Shown here in pieces: positions 38,304-50,165 of a DNA stretch of 64,000 bases (its first letter is position 1; every line of letters starts with the position of its first letter). Both the position numbers and the translations under genes were made by a program. The notes under the pieces were generated by a model that saw nothing but the letters and a program-made list of their open reading frames with translations, was not told where the DNA came from and made no database searches. The DNA is from Blasia pusilla (Eukaryota). The DNA is taken from NCBI GenBank assembly GCA_050084515.1, contig CM114271.1, forward strand, positions 1,364,001 to 1,428,000, written 5' to 3'.

Positions 38304-39224
38304 CTATTTATTCAACCAGAATTCAATTGGCCACCATAGCTACCTCTCCACAAAAAATCAGCTATAACCGAGCTTTGTACTCCAAGCTAAAAATCAGACA
38401 AACTTGCTGTCCATACACCTCCAGAATCGCAAATCCGACAACGCTTCCGCCCAGATTCATGCACACAGAAATCTACAACACTCTTTTATCATAGTAGCAA
38501 TCCGCTCCACACACTCAAGCAGATAGCTTCACATGAGATCACAATAGAGGTGGCAATAGGAACCTCCAACCTACAGAGCTTCCGCACTCCAAGCTCTCCA
38601 CATCAGAAAACCGTCGAACACGAACCAGAATCTTCAATCTTTGATAACTTCCAACTTCCTTGATGAAATCTAGCAATCTAAAGTGCGTTGGAAAGCTCTT
38701 AGCAAGGAACTTCTTTCCCAACCAACCACGCACCAGATCCACAACTCCAATATAGGCCACAAGCCACGAATATCCACGACTGAGTACACAATCAACCCTA
38801 AGTAGATCCTATTGATCTACGATCGAAGCTACCATCGATCTACTCCAGTTCTTTGAGTGAAGTCCGTGAAAGATCTACTATCATAAAACACGTATAGAAT
38901 CACATACAATCAAGCCAAACCCACCCCACGATGGGAGAATTCAGGTCGAAGCTTGCGGGAACCACCATAGCCAAGAGCTCTTCTCACTACCAAGGCTAAC
39001 TCCCAACGCAACAGGCTCAACTCAAAGAACTAACTATTTTTTAGTACCTTCCACACTATATCCTCCAACCTAAGGGAGGGCCCTACTGGAAAAGTCACCC
39101 TCAACGGAGTAACCCCCAACCCTATGTATGAAACCGCATCCCTATCTATACACTACGGCCCTACATAAGGTATGGCCTCTACTAGCACACTATACTTTAC
39201 AACATAATCCGTATAGTCATGACA

Positions 39225-40250
39225 TGGATGCCTCTGACATCTGACTTGAGCTCTAACTAGTGTTAATATACAAAATACGTACTCTTCTAGACAATGGATT
39301 GAAAGATTTAATAGAAGAAGCTAGGATCTCTCTTCAAGGGTTATCATCATATATGCATGATTTGTTGTAAGGAATCCTTAATATATGAATCTATGAATAG
39401 GATGTGTGACCCTACTTGATCTATACAATCATTGTTTAGAGGGAGATGTCTCCAACATCTAACTTAAGCTCTCACTAATATCAACACACTCAATTCACAC
39501 TCTTCTTGTCCATGGATTTATAGAATTAACTAAAGAGCTTGGGACCTCTCCTAACCCTACACTAGTTCTCCAAGAATTTTTAAGTAATATTTGTTTATTT
39601 ATGGTCATATTTCCTCCTTAAATAGACAAGTTTAGAGGTGGGATAGGCTTAGATAGAAGATACCATGACTTCAATTCACCAAAAATAACATTATAACTAA
39701 TAATAAGCTGCGTAGAGGATGGAATGTAGCAATTGTATCCTTGAATTCCATCAACGTAGCCAATGAAGATGTATCTCTCTAATTTGGGATCAAATTTTTG
39801 ACGTCTTTCAAAAGGAATATGAGCATAACAAATACAACCAAAGACATTGAAGAATGAAAAATCAGGTTTACTTCTTGGGAAAACTTCAAATGTATTCTTA
39901 TCATTAACTCTTGATGTTGGAGTTTTCTTGATTAAGAAGACTACGCAACTTTTGCCCAATACACCTTAGGCATGTGCTTCTCATTCAACATGACACATAT
40001 TGCCTTAACAACATGTCCATTTTTTCACTAAGTCACTCTAATTTTTTGTGGTGTGTAATGGCAATTGACTTGTTGTTGGATGCCATTTTGACGTAAGTAG
40101 TCATTAAAATTTGTTGAAAGGTACTCTCCTCCTCCATCACAATGTAATTTGAGAAAGTATTGTCTAGTCTGCTTTTCTACCATAAGTCTTAATGTCTAAA
40201 ACATTGAGAATACTTCTGACTTGGCTTCAAGAAAATATACGCATTTATAC
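39225..40250 (-). mobile_element. Ty1/Copia relic, integrase region (right part of the interrupted element)
   Basis: ORF 39618-39959 VFGCICYAHIP...KFDPK...IFIGY...GYNCY; upstream DGGGEYLS motif. 39225-39330 plus 20700-20807 align to a diverged duplicate at ~39340-39550. Confidence 0.85.
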
Positions 40251-40790
40251 CTAGCATCCGTTTAGGGAAATAAAAGGAGCACATGACCATAACCATAATA
40301 ACCCCCATGTTGAATTACACCATACGGACCAGCCAAAGATAGAAAATTGAATACATCCAGCAAATATGGACAAGGAGCCACCAAAAATAGCCCATCAAGA
40401 AAGAGAGCAAAAATATGAATATATATGCATGTTATTGTTCTTGTCATCTCTCATGGGAAAAAAGTCATCAATAAATGAAATAGAGTACTGGAAATCACTA
40501 AGGCTATGTTGTGTTATTGTCTCCACACCACTATGAATCGACTTCAACATCTTTGATGCTCTTCTTAATCTATCTTGATCTTGAAATGGAAATCTAACTT
40601 ATTTTCCACGTTGGTAAGTAGGATATACCTCCAAGATAGTAGGACTCGATAATTGAAGAAGTCCTACTACTAGATTAGATGAAGAAAGAATTTTTAATCA
40701 TCAAAGATTTATATGCCTAATTCTCTTATGCCACATATTATCATGTCATAACATAGTAGGACTAGAAAATTTAGGAAGTCTTACTATGTT

Positions 40791-41127
40791 TTGAGCAGAG
40801 CCTTTTGGCTCTTCCCAAGGTTATGAGAGAGGGAGAGATAACTTTTCCAAGACATTTTTCTCATGTTGGCCTTAGAAGCACCTCTCTTGCTTTGTGTGTA
40901 GTAAGAACTAGGGTGCTAGCGTCCAGATTCTCTCATAGTAGAAGGTGGATGTGGCTCAATATGCCGATATAGATTCGAGAGTGAAGCCGGCTGTGTGGTT
41001 CTTGATGTATATGTGTAAGTGTATTTTGTTTATGAGTAGATTCACCAGTGTGTTGGGAAGATCGATATTATTTGGTGTAGATGTCACCAGCGATATGGAT
41101 TGTGTAGCGATTTGTGTGCGCACGACA
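40791..41127 (+). mobile_element. Terminal fragment (core repeat + 3' terminal segment) of the asymmetric Gypsy family
   Basis: 40795-41000 is homologous to 50415-50620. 41006-41127 is homologous to 19096-19220 and ends gcgcacgaca. Confidence 0.75.
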
Positions 41128-41479
41128 TAGATGCAAGTGATATCCGTTCACCCTACTATTGGAAAAAAGCACGATGTCAATAGACTCAATAAGTATCACC
41201 ATAGGTCCAACAAGTCAAGCCTACATCCGAGCATCTTGCAAAAGATAAAGCAACTACAAGTCTTTCTCCTATAGACACACTAGGGCCAAACTAGGCCCTT
41301 AGAGTACCCATCCTCTTATAAGGTACATGGTACAAGGATTCTGCCACTATGGTTATTCTTGCAAGTTTTTTGGATATTTGAGCGTTTTGAGCTGAACACC
41401 ATGCCATAGTTTAAGGTTTTCAACAATTGCAACATTTTCAAAATTGCAACTAGTTGAAAACTTCTCTTCATGGCTATCA

Positions 41480-41640
41480 AACTATAGTCTCGTTGTCGCA
41501 ACTCCCTCTCAAGTACGTACTCCATATGATATTCCATCACTTGTGCCTTAGTCGCTCCTCCAATTTCCTGTACCAGGCGACTCATGCATGTATAAGCCTC
41601 TCTAAGCCCCCTCCCCCAGTGGTTACATTGGATTGCATGT
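41480..41640 (-). pseudogene. Small gag relic of the same family
   Basis: MSRLVQEIGGATKAQVMEY...LERELRQR resembles RMRRLISVTQGMTKAQAVQ...LDRELRRR. Confidence 0.55.
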
Positions 41641-41749
41641 CCCCATGAGGTAGTTTTGATAAGAAGGGCGGACTACTTGAAAGAAGCACAAACTAGTAGT
41701 GGAAAGATTGAGCTCAAGTGAGTTGGGAAGGGAGTTGACAATGACTACT

Positions 41750-42087
41750 AGAGTTAGAAATTGTGGTTGTGTAACACACTGAGAATACTTCTATGGAAGG
41801 ACATTGAGCATCTATTTTGAAGAGGTGGAAGAGTTCCAGCACGGTTGAAATTTGCAATGAGGTGCATTAATTATAGATAGCCTTGTGAAGTACTGTTTTG
41901 CAATGACAATTACTAAGTCTCAAGATCAAACATTAGAGAGAATTGGCCTATACTTGCCAAATCTTGTATTTCTCATGGGAAATTCTATGTTGCCTTATCT
42001 AGAATAGGTTGATATGATGACCAAAGTAAAAATTCTACCAACCAAGTTGGTGTTTACACTGGGAACATCGCATATCATGAATGCTAA
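41750..42087 (+). mobile_element. Helitron/PIF1-type helicase C-terminal relic
   Basis: FAMTITKSQDQTLERIGLYLP..(frameshift)..SHGKFYVALSR and terminal TGNIAYHEC*, matching the PIF1 motifs FAMTINKSQGQTL, SHGQLYVALSR and TxNIVYxE. Confidence 0.75.
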
Positions 42088-43781
42088 ATAAATTTAAACC
42101 AAATTAAAAGTTGAAATATGTTAATGAGCCATGATGGAGATTTTTTTAATCGTCTTGTTTCATCCAAAAAGTTAGCGATTTGGACCAGCCACGGGGCAAA
42201 AACGGTTCTACTCCATTTATTTTCATGCTAAAGCATATAGCATGGGCATTCTTCTCGAACACTCCTGATATTTTAATATCTTATGATATAATATAATAAT
42301 AAATTTATATTCTTTCGTCAAAACTTTATTAGAGTTTTAACGAAATATTCGTGGCGAGGAAATAAATACGCCCGAGGAGGTTTGTACATAGTGAGGAGGG
42401 CAGAACGGCGGTAGCTTTGTTGGTGTTGTTGTTATATATGTATCCAACAAAAGGCTGTGTAGCTTCACGGGCGTCCACTTGTCGACAAGCAATTGAACGA
42501 GGGCACGAACTTTTCCCGGCGTCGCAGGCGTCCACCCGGTCAAAACAAAAAGGGTACGTAAAGGTCTCGCTCAGTCCATTCTCTTGACTTGTGTGCAGGT
42601 GACACGATACTTTTTGTTGTTGTTGTACTGGGGCTAATAGGCCTCCCTCTGAAGCTCCCTGAAAGTTTCTGGAGAGCGTGGTTTCACCTTTTGCAGGACT
42701 GTGCATGCATGGATACAGCGGGAAAGCAGTAGAAAAGGAGTTTCTGGATCGGACAAAGATAGAACTCGTTTGATCATGATTGACGGTTGCCAATTCGTCG
42801 GTTAAGGTGGATTTTACGCGATTCGTGGTTTCACGCGAGCGCGGCTGTGCAGTGTGCGGTGCATGAGATAGATGCAAATGATGTTGTTCCCCGGATTCCT
42901 TGTCTGATTCGTGCCTCAGAGGAGTGAATTCATTTCGTTTCATTTCCAGCAATAGAATTGTAGGTGGAAGGAAGCTGCGGAAGGCGGAATACTTCGAGCC
43001 GACCTAATTAAGAAAACTACGCAAGCCAATCGGTGATGGACACTAGCTAGTATCGCGATCCTCTGGGAGATCTCACGGAAAGGTTATCAGGCTAGCCGCA
43101 AGTCTATATTGTAGTTGGAGGAAGTGGTATTATTTATTTTATTATGGAAATGTTTCTCTCAGGAGGTTGTCTCCTTGCCTCTTAGAGACTTCAACATCAT
43201 CCGCTTTTGTGAGAACGGAGAAGTGGCTACCACGTTAATCGACATGTGTTGATGGAAAGCCTGTGTGATCGGATTCAGGAATCCCGCACAACTACCTCCT
43301 GAGATGATAGGCTCTACAGGACGTCGCAGTCTAGCTATCATCAACCGCCCGAGATGCCTCGGCCACTGATTCAAGACGAGGAGATAGACAGTGGAGGATG
43401 CGATTGTGATTTCAACATGTCCGGACTTTGTACGCATCCACACCTGAGATGCCGCCACCACCCATTCAAGAAGAGCAGGTGGATGATGGAGGAGGCAATT
43501 GTGAATTCAACATGTTCGACATCGTTCAGATACATGGTTCCATCCACGGAGTCGAGTGAGAACAGGAGCGGAAGTCGGAAAGTTTACTAAAGCTACGCTA
43601 CGATTTTGAGGCATTTTCAGAAGACTCTTCGGCTCAGAGAAAAGCTGGATCACCATAACTTGAAGAAGCTTCGCATCTTGCACGAGATTGCAGGGAGCTC
43701 AAATCCTCATGTAGCAGGTCGATTCTGACGAATGCCAAGAGTCTCGTTCATTATTTGTAAGCCAATAGGCTTGCAATCATC

Positions 43782-45907
43782 ATGACTGCGTGGGCGGAGC
43801 CATGGAATGTGGCTCTGGGATGCGTAGCTTTCATCGTCTGGTGGATTCTGGCAGTGTTTCCAGCAGTGCCATGTCTTCCCATCGGCAGAACTGCGGGATC
43901 TCTTCTAGGCGCCGTCCTCATGGTGATTTTCCAGGTCATTCCTCCAAAAGCTGCATTTCAGGCGATAGATCTTCCCATTCTTGCCCTTCTTTTCGGCACT
44001 ATGGTGCTGAGCGTTTACCTGGAACGAGCCGACGTATACAAGTACTTGGGATCTATCCTGTCGTGGAAAAGTAGAGGGGGCAAGGATCTCTTGTGCCGAG
44101 TGTGTATACTTTCAGCCTTGTGCAGTGCTTTTTTCACCAACGATACCACTTGTGTGGTTCTCACCGAGTTTGTACTGAGGCTTTGCAACAAAAAGAAGCT
44201 CCCGCCGTTGCCTTTCCTCATGGCCTTGGCTACCAGCGCCAACATAGGATCCGCGGGAACCCCCATTGGAAACCCTCAAAATCTAGTGATTGCGGTTGAA
44301 AGTGGAATTAGCTTCGGGAAGTTTATGGCAGGAGTCGTTCCAGCGGTTGTGGTGGGAACCGTGGCGAACATGATCTTGTTGCTGTTGTTCTATTGGAAGC
44401 GTTTGTCGACGGATTCGGATGTCGAAGACGGTCACGCAGCACGTGAATGTCCTCCAGCCGGTACCGATAGTGTTGTTGAAATCAAGGAGCTCTCCACAAT
44501 CCCTGCTGCCATTTTACCTAGTGCGGATCGCTTCGAGCAGCATTCCATCGAAGCACCAGCGGTGCCGAATGAAGATGTATCATCTGGACAGGCGGATGTT
44601 CCATCGCACGAAGCGAATGTAGCACCATTCCCGAACGGAATGGCTAGTGATTCTCAGAGGCAATCCATCGATGGGATTGGGAGGCTGGGTGGAGTAAATC
44701 GTCGGATGCTGAGGTCGAGGTTGTGGAAGGCTTCCGTGTTTACGGTCACCGCAGGTTTCCTGGTAGCCCTCTTGGCCGGATTAGATCTTTCATGGAGCGC
44801 CGTAAGTGCAGCGGTTGCTCTCATGATCCTTGACTTCTCCGACGCCGGACCCAGCCTCGACAAAGTAAGGATGCTCTCTCTCTAGTACTCTCGTTGTAGA
44901 TTTTTTTTAAATGGAAAGAAATGTCTGTCCGGGCTCACCGTGCACAAGAAATCAATTCATTCATTCTCATAGACCTGCTGAAGATCAAAAAATAGAGAAA
45001 AGTTCCTCTCCTCGATCTTGTTGCTCAAAATTAGGATATTAACAACTAACCCAGAAGGCTATGCCCTCCTGCTCACATCTTCCCGTCCCTGTCCTTACTC
45101 TTATGATTTTTCCTCTTACGAATTGGCACCCGATCGTTCCATTCTCATACTCGCACCGCCTGCAGGTTTCTTACTCTCTGCTGGTGTTCTTTTCGGGGAT
45201 GTTCGTAACAGTCGAAGGATTCAATCTCACTGGAGTCCCCGGCAAGTTCTGGGACGCGGTCGAGCCTTACTCCCACATCGACAACATCAAGGGGTTGACG
45301 ATTCTCACTCTGGTCGTCATCGTCCTCTCCAACGTCGCCTCCAACGTACCCACCGGTATGCGCTTGCCCTCAACAAGGATTCCCCCTTTCCCTGGATCAT
45401 AACTGCCAACAATCATCTCCCAAATGATGATCAAGTCTTAATGTGTCACACTATGTGAACACTTTCTTACATCAAGAATGTCGGATATCTTATCAGACCT
45501 CCAGAAGCCTCGCTATCTGTTTTTCAGGGAAACAGAAAGCAAGGGCTGACAGCTTACTGCTAAAATAAATTGCGATAGCTGCTTAATGATTCACTCATGG
45601 AACTGAGAGGTGATAACATTTGTGTTTTTGTTTTTTGGTAGTATTGCTGCTTGGAGCGAGAGTGGCAGCTTCGGCAGCAGCGACGAGTGGATCTAGTGTG
45701 ACGAAGGCGTGGCTGATATTGGCGTGGGTGAGTACTGTGGCCGGAAATCTGACGTTGCTCGGTTCAGCAGCAAATCTTATCGTCAGCGAGCAGGCACGAA
45801 CAACCCCTTCCGTAGGCTACAATTTCTCTTTCCGGAAACATCTCCCATTCGGCATCACGTCGACCTTGATCGTCATAGCCGTCGGTCTGCCCCTCATCAA
45901 AGGATAG
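43782..45907 (+). CDS. LSI2: Silicon efflux transporter Lsi2-like (ArsB/CitMHS anion permease); exons 43782-44864, 45166-45355, 45642-45907; 512 aa
   Basis: [109 protein letters not shown] introns give an in-frame 1539-nt CDS. Confidence 0.95.
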
Positions 45908-48412
45908 GTCTCTAGCGCGCGCCGCACACTCAGCCAAATCCACTCGCAGACGCACTGCGATCGATCAACCCCTTGTCGAGTTTCCTAGACGTTCTCATGC
46001 GCATCCAGAGGCACGACGAACGACGAACGAACGAACGAGTCTCTGCACGGTCCGCCGTCGGACGGAACACAGCGGTTGCGTGCTACCTCACAACTGACAG
46101 TGTCTCGACTTTACGGACGCCGTAGGAAAGTCCCGAAAAGAGAGCAACTTTGACCTAGTCAGAACTAACCACGTACACTTGACGCTGAAGGCACCGCAGT
46201 CGAGTAGCTACCGTACAACCAAAGCCTCAAATTGTCGGGCAGTGGGTCGAAGTCCGCACGTTCCGCTCCAGACGGTGATATCCCATGGCAAACTTACTTG
46301 CGCGGGTTTTGGGCCGCACGAGACCTGTTTGTAGTTGTAGCTACCTGGCTATGGAGTTAGGGTATGTTTGTCCTGGTGATGCTCGAATCCGTCAGGCTCT
46401 GCGACCTAATTGATTGAAAGAGGGGCCCCTGTGCTGGCGGATTGAAGCATCTCTGGATTCTGCTTGCGGGCTTTGACCTCCGTTTGCAGGAGGACAAAAT
46501 TATTTCCAGGTACTCATCACAATCAAGAGTTGACTTCAAGTTCTAATAAATAGCAATTTTTTTCTTGCGATATTATGGCTTTTGCAGCTTTTTTTTTAAA
46601 GTTCCTAGTCTAGGTGCTATTTCTTTTGAAAATCCCTACTGTAAAATATTTATTCTATTAGTTGAAATATGAGTACCTGCCTCTTGTCCTTTTAATTTTT
46701 AATTCTGAGATGTTTTTAGTTTTAGATTTCACATCTAAATAATTAAATTGAAAGAATACGGGATTTAAAGAAATAACTGTCCTCTAAGGATTTTTATAAT
46801 GTTGACACATATCATTTAAAAAAAAAGTTCAATTACAAAAATAAAATTAATTAGAATGAAATGAAGGAATGGAAACTTTTTAAAATTTGAAAATCATCTC
46901 TACATAACACGGATAAACCTCTAGTCTATCTTATTAGAAGATGGTTTTATGAAATCCCTCCTCTTGCATTTGACATTAGCTCAAAGTTAAGTTATGACAA
47001 AAGAGAGTTGAATTAAAGAAATAACCGTAAACTCGTGTGCGAAGGAGCATATTATTAGTTATCACTTTTCTCTAACATTTATTAGAAGACGTAAAGAACA
47101 TTCCATGCTAAAACAATATGTGAAAATATTCCATTTAATACTATCATATCCCCATTGTATGACACGTGCAATATAGTACTCGTTACTTTAGAAGTACTTT
47201 CTCTTTAAAAAAAAATTGTCTTGAGTTTATAGACAAACTCTAATACGCCTACTTTTTAACAATGAAGTAAAAAAATTCTATAGGGAGAATATGTAGAGCA
47301 TGAAATCTCTTTGGTCTTATGCTTTAGAATCTACCAATAATTGCATATCCTTGATTTTCATCCTGAAACCATATTCTTTACACATGAAAAAATATTGAAA
47401 AGAGAAGATCCTATATAATTGTAGAAAGTTTAGTTTATAGAGGGAAGATAACACTTTCTTGTTACATGAAGATTCCTATTGCTTTAATAGTGTAGATGTT
47501 GTTGCCAAGCCCTATGCATCATCTTTTAGTACCCTAGCACAGAAAGCTCCAAAACACTATTTCCAATGGACAATATTGATTAACCTCTCTTTTGATGTGG
47601 GTATATAAGGCATTTCAACCTCTTTGCTAGCCTAGTTCTTGACAATATTCTTTTTGGTTTGACTTTTTCTGTTCTTATTGGATACATAGCAGACATGATT
47701 TAAAGAAGATGAGTGGAGCCATCAAAACAACAAGGAAGGGGAACTTAGAGTGAATGATAATACCAAGGTCACACTCAACTAGTGGCAAAGAAAAAAGGGG
47801 GGAATATCCTACATTTCCAGACCACTAGTGGTATTAACAACATCCTCAACTAAAGAAACGTAGCTTCTAGCAAAAGAGCATTTAGTTGTAGTACTTTTTG
47901 CAACCTAATCTTATTGCATAAGCCATTTTCTTGGGCACATTGCTAAGCGATGAATATAATATTATGTATAATATAGTAACATAGTACATTAAAAGACCCA
48001 AATTTTGGATTGGATAAATTTGTCATTCTCAACAAAGGAAGATCCATGCCCAAGACTCCATATATCTAAATACGTAGTGGGACAAAGCTATGTCCTTTGT
48101 AAAGAGTCTTCTTCCCTAGCGGTATTCTAGTATTCTTGCTCGTAGTGGCAATCTCCCTTCTTCAACCACATGAGCCCAATCTTACTCTTGTATAAGATTT
48201 GTAGTTATGACATTAGCCACAATGGTATATCATGTCTTCTTCCCATCAATCTTAACCAAAGGATGCCAATTCTCTCCAAACCTTATTGTGCTTTCAAAAA
48301 AGTTTGATAGAAATGAAACTTTGAGGAATGTCAAATTTTGATGTGTATATTGTCTCATCCTTCTTCTTTACTTATGGATTTCAGTTTGATGGTTTAGGAT
48401 AGAAAGTAAGTA

Positions 48413-48414
<2 letters not shown>

Positions 48415-48474
<60 letters not shown>
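48415..48474. repeat. (TC)30 microsatellite
   Basis: Pure dinucleotide tract. Confidence 0.98.
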
Positions 48475-48478
<4 letters not shown>

Positions 48479-49295
48479 TGTCATCCATCCATCCAATTCA
48501 AATCATGTGTGTGGATGGCATATTTAGAGCCCCAAATAAACCACACTAGACAAGACCCAAAGCAAGCATTTCAACTCAAAAATTGAACCTTATTGGTATG
48601 TATCTCAATCTCTACTTAGCATTCCTATGAAGAATTTTGAAAATTATGTTGTAGAATCACATTCAAGCTACGATCATGTCATTTTAAGAACATCTTAATG
48701 GGCACAATAAGTGCCCCATCACAAGCATCATACATGTGGAAGCTCATTTTGAATGTCCAACTAGTCACTAGTCATAAAGATTAACAAATTCAGAAATCAA
48801 AATGGAAAAAGAAATCCCTCACCTTGACAAAAAGGCTTCTTGTACAATGCCCTACAAAAACCATGTGAATAGGAATTTCACTAACCCCATCGGTTAATTA
48901 AGAATGAGGGGAAATCCTTGTATAAATAAAAGATCAGAAAAAAATACTAGAACTTTCATCGGGAACAAATTTAATATTTCAAAACTTGGAACAAAACATG
49001 TAAGGTACTAAAATAACAATACCTCTCTACTTTGCAATATAGGTGAAAATCCACCAAGTTTCCATAAGAAGTTCCATTGACACATTAAAATCCTATATTT
49101 GAGGTAATAGAAGTCCTATTGAGTCCCCCATACTATAAGATCAGTCCCAAAAAAGGAACAAACCAATTAATCAAATCCCAAAAACAAGACCTTCAAGATT
49201 TCTACTTCTACAAATCGAGAAGTTCTAAAGAAAAAAATGGAGAAGTGACACAAGATGCGAGCTAATTCATGACTACACTAAAGGTATACTACATA

Positions 49296-49838
49296 GGATC
49301 CCCTTTTGTTAGTGCCTCTTCTAAAAGTGTGAAATATTTCATTGTTCTAATGCACTTGATGGCGTACTTTACGGCTCTTTGATGGGTGTTCAGAATTTTT
49401 ATTATCAATAGTTATATCATGTCCAAAATCTATCATCACTACATTTGAAGAAACTTTGCAAGTACAGTGTGCACAACCGCACTATAGTCTCAACACATTC
49501 GCAAGACTGTAATCTTGAGCCACACTTTACAACTACGTCGTGGTTGTGAAGTGTCATTACCACTACGTACTTGGATCCCCTTTTGTTAGTCCCTCTTCTA
49601 AAAGTGTGAGATATTTCATTATTCTAATGCATTTGATGGCGTACTTTACGGCTCTTTGATGGGTGTTCAAAATTTGTATTATCAATAGTTATATCACGTC
49701 GCAAAGCTATCATCACTACACCTTTGAAGAAACTTTGCAAGTACAGTGTGCATAACCGTACTATAGTTGCAACACATTTGCAAGAGTGCAATCTTGAGCC
49801 ACTCTTTACGACTACGTCGTGGTTTTGAAGTGTCACCA
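49296..49838. repeat. Tandem duplication, ~277-bp unit
   Basis: ggatccccttttgttagt...gaagtgtca starts at 49296 and again at 49573, about 90% identical by eye. Confidence 0.9.
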
Positions 49839-50165
49839 CACAGCCATAACATATAACAAAATCATATGATACTCATAATAAGTCACATGATAACTATCAA
49901 ATACTCATAAAATAATCGCAAATTTGCAATTATCACTCACATAGCAACCTCAAAGAAACCGTAAACTATTTTTTTAATAATATTCATTTTCTTTTCGTTG
50001 TAAATTTTGGAAAATAAAATTCACATCCCAAATTCAAAAAATTGCAAAATCTCCAAAAAAAATTCATATATAAAGTATTTCTAAATTTTATAGCAATTGC
50101 AACAAGAATCATCCTACTTTCTAGGCCAAGGTCGTGCACCTAATGCATCATGCCCACAAGGATGT

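Larger units (their letters stand above)
20808..39224 (-). mobile_element. Ty3/Gypsy-type element with integrase-PHD and asymmetric termini (outer element; RT core deleted, nested insertion)
   Basis: Termini TGTCGTG (20808) and CATGACA (39224), flanked by TGGA on both sides (20804-20807, 39225-39228). Gag ~35900-37210, protease LLDSGAQ (34796-35782), RT thumb VRAFMGLANYYRR (23140-23334), RNase H (22162-23088), integrase and PHD (21302-22350), PPT 21127-21140. Shared terminal core 20913-21104 vs 38869-39060. Confidence 0.85.

Noticed and set aside
38763-38780. Faint cgaat(at)ccac match to segment C at the equivalent offset in the 5' end
   Set aside because: Only ~9 matching bases, not distinguishable from chance without alignment statistics.
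40744-41127. Complete solo LTR from TGTCATAAC to GCACGACA
   Set aside because: Flanks (atca / taga) give no TSD and the left part is a hairpin related to 40637, so the left boundary is unsupported.
47200-49250. Decayed coding-like AT-rich sequence
   Set aside because: No frame gave a motif I could assign.
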